Source: Phycisphaerae bacterium
GTDB lineage: Bacteria > Planctomycetota > Phycisphaerae > SM23-33
NCBI GenBank assembly: GCA_016929245.1
Contig: JAFGJE010000251.1
Location: 1-62,062 of the forward strand
DNA: 62,062 nucleotides
Direction of reading: 5' to 3'
The position numbers were made by a program, and so were the translations under genes. The notes under the pieces were generated by a model that worked only from the letters and a program-made list of their open reading frames with translations, made no database searches and was not told the DNA's origin. This document shows positions 58,210-62,062 of this stretch, piece by piece. The first letter of the stretch is position 1; each line of letters begins with the position of its first letter.

Positions 58210-59079
58210 CTATTTTGAGACATTTTTTTTCATTACAACGGACAGAGCTTTCTTTAATTCTGCTTCATCTTTAAGCGCTTGGGATAATCTTTCGGATAAC
58301 TCTCCCAATACAATTCTAATACTCTCAGCTAATTCAAGACATTGCTCATCTGATAAGGCATGAATTCCTTCACTTAAGGCACTGTGTAAAAGCAGAAGAG
58401 GGTTATGTCCATTGATTAACAGGCTTTCAGGTATTGCGTCTTTCGCCATTTTCAAGGCATTGCTGAATTGGGTTTCTTCTATTGCCGCGCGTAATTTTTT
58501 GATTTGATCGTCTGGAGCATGAATATTTTCCGAAACTTTGATGATTTCTCCAATAATTCTATTTTTTTGTTTTTCCACAACCCTTCGATAATATGAAAAT
58601 GCACCGATTCCCAAGCCTTGATTTTCACAAGTTCTCCCTTGTAAAAACTCATCTCGGTCAGGACCAATCAGTTTAATCAATTTTGGAGAGACCGGTGGCC
58701 CATAAGTTGGTAGCTCTCCAAATTTATAGCACTCCCCCTCTGGTTTTCTATTTTGGTTAACCTTAGCTGCAAGAGAAAAAGTTTTTTGGATATTTTGACA
58801 ATTTGAACAAAGATAAGTTAAAAATATGAACTCAAAATTTTTATCATTAAGATCGCGTTCTTTCCCCGAAATACACCTAAAAAAACGAATTCCATTGCAT
58901 TTTTCATGGTCGCAGTGCAATTGGATTTCAGGTGTGAATAACATGTTTCGAGAATATTTATCCAAATAAGATAGGTCGGATATATTTACAAGTTGATTTG
59001 GTGGATTGCTTTCAAGAAACTCTGCCATTGTCTGATATTGAGTTTCTATATTCATTTCCTCTTTATTTTGATCAGACAT
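58210..59079 (-). CDS. AT-rich hypothetical protein, Zn-binding N-terminal part + DUF4145/HEPN-like helical C-terminus
   Basis: 289-aa ORF, about 33% GC in a sampled line; CDHEKC and CSNC; GAFSYYRRVVE and LSEGIH motifs. Confidence 0.6.
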   Translation of the reverse strand: MSDQNKEEMNIETQYQTMAEFLESNPPNQLVNISDLSYLDKYSRNMLFTPEIQLHCDHEKCNGIRFFRCISGKERDLNDKNFEFIFLTYLCSNCQNIQKTFSLAAKVNQNRKPEGECYKFGELPTYGPPVSPKLIKLIGPDRDEFLQGRTCENQGLGIGAFSYYRRVVEKQKNRIIGEIIKVSENIHAPDDQIKKLRAAIEETQFSNALKMAKDAIPESLLINGHNPLLLLHSALSEGIHALSDEQCLELAESIRIVLGELSERLSQALKDEAELKKALSVVMKKNVSK

Positions 59080-59106
59080 AATGAAACTCCAATATCATTG
59101 TGTGTG

Positions 59107-60588
59107 TTATCCCAGTTTTTCCTGCAGCAGGCGTTGCACGTCGGCCGGTGGGGCGGCGCCTTTGGAGGCTTGCATTACCTGGCCGGTGAGGAAACCGAAG
59201 GCCTTTTTCTGCTTCTTGCCGCCGGACTGGATTTCCTCGACGGCTTGGGGATTTTTCGCGATGGCGTCGTCGACCCATTGTTCGACCTGGGATAAATCTT
59301 TTACGGTCAGCAGTCCCTCGGCTTCGGCGATGGCGCGGGGGGAACCGCCTTCCGCGAGCAATTTTTCGAAGATTTTGTCGGCAGCGGTGGCGTTTACGTC
59401 CCCGGCGGACATCATTTTGGCCAGTTTCGCGAGCTGCTCCGCGGAGACGCCGATCTCGGCGATGGCGCAGCCTTTCTCGTTCGCCACGGCGGCCCCCCGG
59501 CCTAAGAGCAGATTCACGCAGCGTTTCGCCTCTGCACCGGCGGCGACGACGGCGTCCAGCAGATCCCCGGTCGGGGCGTCCTGCGTCAGGGCGTCGGCGT
59601 CCTTGAAATTCAGGGCGTATTGCTCCATGAACCGCGCCCGTCGCGCGAGGGGCAGTTCGCCGATTTCACTCGACACCCGCTGCCGCCAGGCGTCGTCCAC
59701 GACGACGGGAATCAAGTCCGGATCCGGTAAGTAGCGGTAATCGTGGGCCTCTTCCTTTTCGCGCTGGAAGACGGTTTTACAGGTTCCGTCGTCGTAGCCT
59801 CGATTCTGCTTGCCGAGTTTCGCGAGGGAAAATCCCTCGGGATCGCTCTGCCACTCCTCGTACTGGCGCTGGAACTCAAACGCGACGGCGTTTTCCAACG
59901 CCCGGAAGCTGTTGAGATTTTTCACCTCGACGATGGGCGTTTTATACGTCTGCCCGCCGCGGGTGATGTGCAGGTTGATGTTCGGCTCGAATCGCATATG
60001 GCCCATCTGCATATTCGCTTCACTGACGCCCAGCCAGCGCACCAGCCGGTGCATGGAGCGGGCGTAGCCCATGACTTCCTCGACGCTGTTCATGTCCGGT
60101 TCGGAAACGATTTCCAGCAGCGGCACGCCGGCGCGGTTGAGGTCCACACCCGTACAGCCGGGGATGTCGTGCGTGTTCTTGCCGGCGTCTTCCTCCAGGT
60201 GGGCGCGCAGGACGCGGATTTTCTTCGTCTCACCGGAGGCAAGCGGAATTTCCAGGTATCCGTGTTCCGCCAGAGGCAGGTCGTACTGGCTGATCTGGTA
60301 GTTTTTCGGCAAGTCGGGATAGTAGTAGTTCTTACGGTCCCACTTGGTGTAGTCGGGCACGGTGCAGTTTAAGGCCAGGCCTACTTTCATGGAATATTCG
60401 ACAGCCCGGCCGTTCATGACCGGCAGCACGCCGGGCATGCCGATGCACACGGGGCAGACGTTCGTGTTGGGCGGATCGCCGAAGTGATTTCGGCAACGGC
60501 AGAACATTTTCGTCTCCGTCGCCAGTTCGACGTGAATTTCCAACCCGACGATGGGTTGTATCGTGTCCGTTGCGATAGTGTCGATCAT
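59107..60588 (-). CDS. gatB: Asp-tRNA(Asn)/Glu-tRNA(Gln) amidotransferase subunit B
   Basis: VGLEIHVEL, TKMFC, RKNYYYPDLPKNYQISQ, HLEEDAGK, DLNRAGVPLLEIVSEP, EVKNLNS, DYRYLPDPD. Confidence 0.97.
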   Translation of the reverse strand: MIDTIATDTIQPIVGLEIHVELATETKMFCRCRNHFGDPPNTNVCPVCIGMPGVLPVMNGRAVEYSMKVGLALNCTVPDYTKWDRKNYYYPDLPKNYQISQYDLPLAEHGYLEIPLASGETKKIRVLRAHLEEDAGKNTHDIPGCTGVDLNRAGVPLLEIVSEPDMNSVEEVMGYARSMHRLVRWLGVSEANMQMGHMRFEPNINLHITRGGQTYKTPIVEVKNLNSFRALENAVAFEFQRQYEEWQSDPEGFSLAKLGKQNRGYDDGTCKTVFQREKEEAHDYRYLPDPDLIPVVVDDAWRQRVSSEIGELPLARRARFMEQYALNFKDADALTQDAPTGDLLDAVVAAGAEAKRCVNLLLGRGAAVANEKGCAIAEIGVSAEQLAKLAKMMSAGDVNATAADKIFEKLLAEGGSPRAIAEAEGLLTVKDLSQVEQWVDDAIAKNPQAVEEIQSGGKKQKKAFGFLTGQVMQASKGAAPPADVQRLLQEKLG

Positions 60589-60812
60589 GATCCCAAATCC
60601 TTACGGGCCATCTTTTTTGCTTTTTCGGGGTCCACGAACTGGGCGACGAATCCGCACGTCAGGCACGCCCGCGCCCGGATGCGCAGGCCCGTGACCATCC
60701 CGAAGAATCCGCCCGGCGAGTACAGCGTGTTCGTCAGCCGGCGTTCTTCGTCAAATTCCGTCCCGCCGCACAAGGGACAACGCAGGATTTCCGGTTCACC
60801 ATTTGTACTCAC
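60585..60812 (-). CDS. Small zinc-ribbon protein
   Basis: GGAGG ribosome-binding site before GTG; CPLCGG...ARACLTCGF. Confidence 0.65.
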   Translation of the reverse strand: MSTNGEPEILRCPLCGGTEFDEERRLTNTLYSPGGFFGMVTGLRIRARACLTCGFVAQFVDPEKAKKMARKDLGS

Positions 60813-61093
60813 GATGCACCTCCCGGATTCAAGATCATACCGCCGTCGGGGAGGAATGTCATGCCTGAACGGTTTGAAAATTTTTTTCGTGAAAAACGGC
60901 GGGAGCATCCGCTTTTTTTCATCCATCGGGAAAGGAAAAATAGAGAATGTAGGAAAAGGAGGAAATTTTTTTCTATATAGACGGCAGAAGCGGTACGCGA
61001 CGTAACTATTGAATTTGCGGCGAAATACAAGAATCCATAGGGTTTGTCTTCTACAGGGGGATCGTGTAGGGATCGGTTTTTCCCATATTTAAT

Positions 61094-61120
61094 TAAAGTT
61101 CGTCCGAGAGCCTTCGAGAA
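61094..61120 (+). promoter_or_regulatory. Putative sigma28 (FliA) promoter of flagellin
   Basis: TAAAGTT at -35, exact 15-nt spacer after TAAA, -10 TTCGAGAA (5/8 match to GCCGATAA), upstream of flagellin. Confidence 0.45.
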
Positions 61121-61244
61121 TCGGGGTTGGAACGGATTGCAACACAAAACACACGGACGCCGCGCCCCGCAACGGAGCGGGCCGGACAAAAATCAGTACA
61201 GCGGACTTTAGACGCCCGCGCCAATGACAATCAGGAGATGACTT

Positions 61245-62062
61245 ATGCTAGCGATCAAGAACAACATGATGTCCATGAATGCCGCACGCAACCTGGGCAT
61301 CAACTACGACCGCTTGAGCAGGTCGGTGGAACGACTCAGTTCCGGCCTTCGCATCAACAGCGCGAAGGACGACGCGGCGGGCCTGGCCGTCCGTGAATTG
61401 ATTCGCGCCGACGTGGCGGTGCTCAACCAGGGCGTTCGAAACGCCAACGACGGGGTTTCGATGTTACAGGCGGCGGAAGGGGCCCTCGGCGAAATCGACG
61501 GTATTCTCATCCGTATGAAGGAACTGGTCGAACAGGCCAACACCGGAACGTATTCTCCCACGCAGACATCCATCATGCAGGCGGAATATGACGAACTCTG
61601 CCAGGAAATCGACCGTATCACCACCAGTACCGGGTTTAACGGGAACACGATGCTGGACAACACCAACACTGTCACCATTTCGTTGGGACAGGGAAGTGGT
61701 ACCGGATCGGTGACGGTAACTTCGCAGGACATGCGGGCGGATACCTTGGCCTTAAGCGCCAGCAAGCGAACCGCCGTCGGCCCGACGGTTGCCTCGGCGA
61801 CCTCCGCCTTTCTCGTTGATAGTGCCGACGCCCCTGCGGACACAGTTCGTTTCGCCATTGGCGGCCAGAACATCGACTTCGCCGTCGCGGCAGACATGAC
61901 GCTGCAGGAAACCGTCGATGCGATTAACGTTGCTTCCGACGCACTTTCGCCCGGCTGGAATGCTGCCAGTATCATCGGCAATGCCGTCGACGGTTATTCC
62001 ATGAAGATCACTGCTCTGGGCGACGGCGCTTCGGCGGCGTTGGTGATCACCGCGGACTTGGA
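61245..62062 (+). CDS. fliC: Flagellin (3'-truncated by window edge; missing from ORF track)
   Basis: My translation: MLAIKNNMMSMNAARNLGINYDRLSRSVERLSSGLRINSAKDDAAGLAVRELIRADV...RNANDGVSMLQAAEGAL; AGGAG ribosome-binding site. Confidence 0.96.
   Translation, partial: MLAIKNNMMSMNAARNLGINYDRLSRSVERLSSGLRINSAKDDAAGLAVRELIRADVAVLNQGVRNANDGVSMLQAAEGALGEIDGILIRMKELVEQANTGTYSPTQTSIMQAEYDELCQEIDRITTSTGFNGNTMLDNTNTVTISLGQGSGTGSVTVTSQDMRADTLALSASKRTAVGPTVASATSAFLVDSADAPADTVRFAIGGQNIDFAVAADMTLQETVDAINVASDALSPGWNAASIIGNAVDGYSMKITALGDGASAALVITADL

Overview
High-GC (about 60-65% by eye) chromosomal window, most likely from a Planctomycetota genome and probably Phycisphaerae-like. This placement is an inference from a LEPRxLLS extracellular motif, a PEP-CTERM protein, the MoxR/DUF58/vWA/prenyltransferase cluster, Rnf and a flagellin. 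Content, left to right: (1) 1-19272, a MoxR AAA+/DUF58/BatA-vWA/coiled-coil/NPCBM envelope operon; (2) queG, folE, a GT2, a polysaccharide deacetylase and a spermidine-synthase-like membrane protein; (3) a 1282-aa surface protein with 7 PPC-like repeats and a calpain-type catalytic domain; (4) ald, glutamine-dependent nadE, DUF1638, GH113, mqnD-like and several hypothetical genes; (5) a Ca/Na antiporter, purF and rpsP-trmD-rplS-yraN; (6) rseC-like-rnfCDGEAB; (7) ispD, a small AT-rich variable patch (PEP-CTERM, DUF2283, HEPN/DUF4145-like), gatB and a flagellin cut by the window end. I saw no tRNA, rRNA, CRISPR array or IS transposase. The main signal is non-coding: many intergenic gaps hold short palindromic or inverted repeats from several distinct families. 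Two families are caught bracketing a small nuclease gene that is not a known REP transposase. A GIY-YIG gene is flanked by TGTCATCCTGAGCG repeats (10 copies in the window), and a GxxExxY (PD-(D/E)XK) gene is flanked by 30-bp terminal inverted repeats built of CACAGAG units. Gene-less paired copies of both families occur elsewhere in the window. This looks like an autonomous/non-autonomous (REPtron/REPIN-like) system driven by non-HUH nucleases. Mobility is inferred, not shown. Coordinates were counted by hand and may be off by a base or two; several starts were moved downstream of the ORF-track starts.
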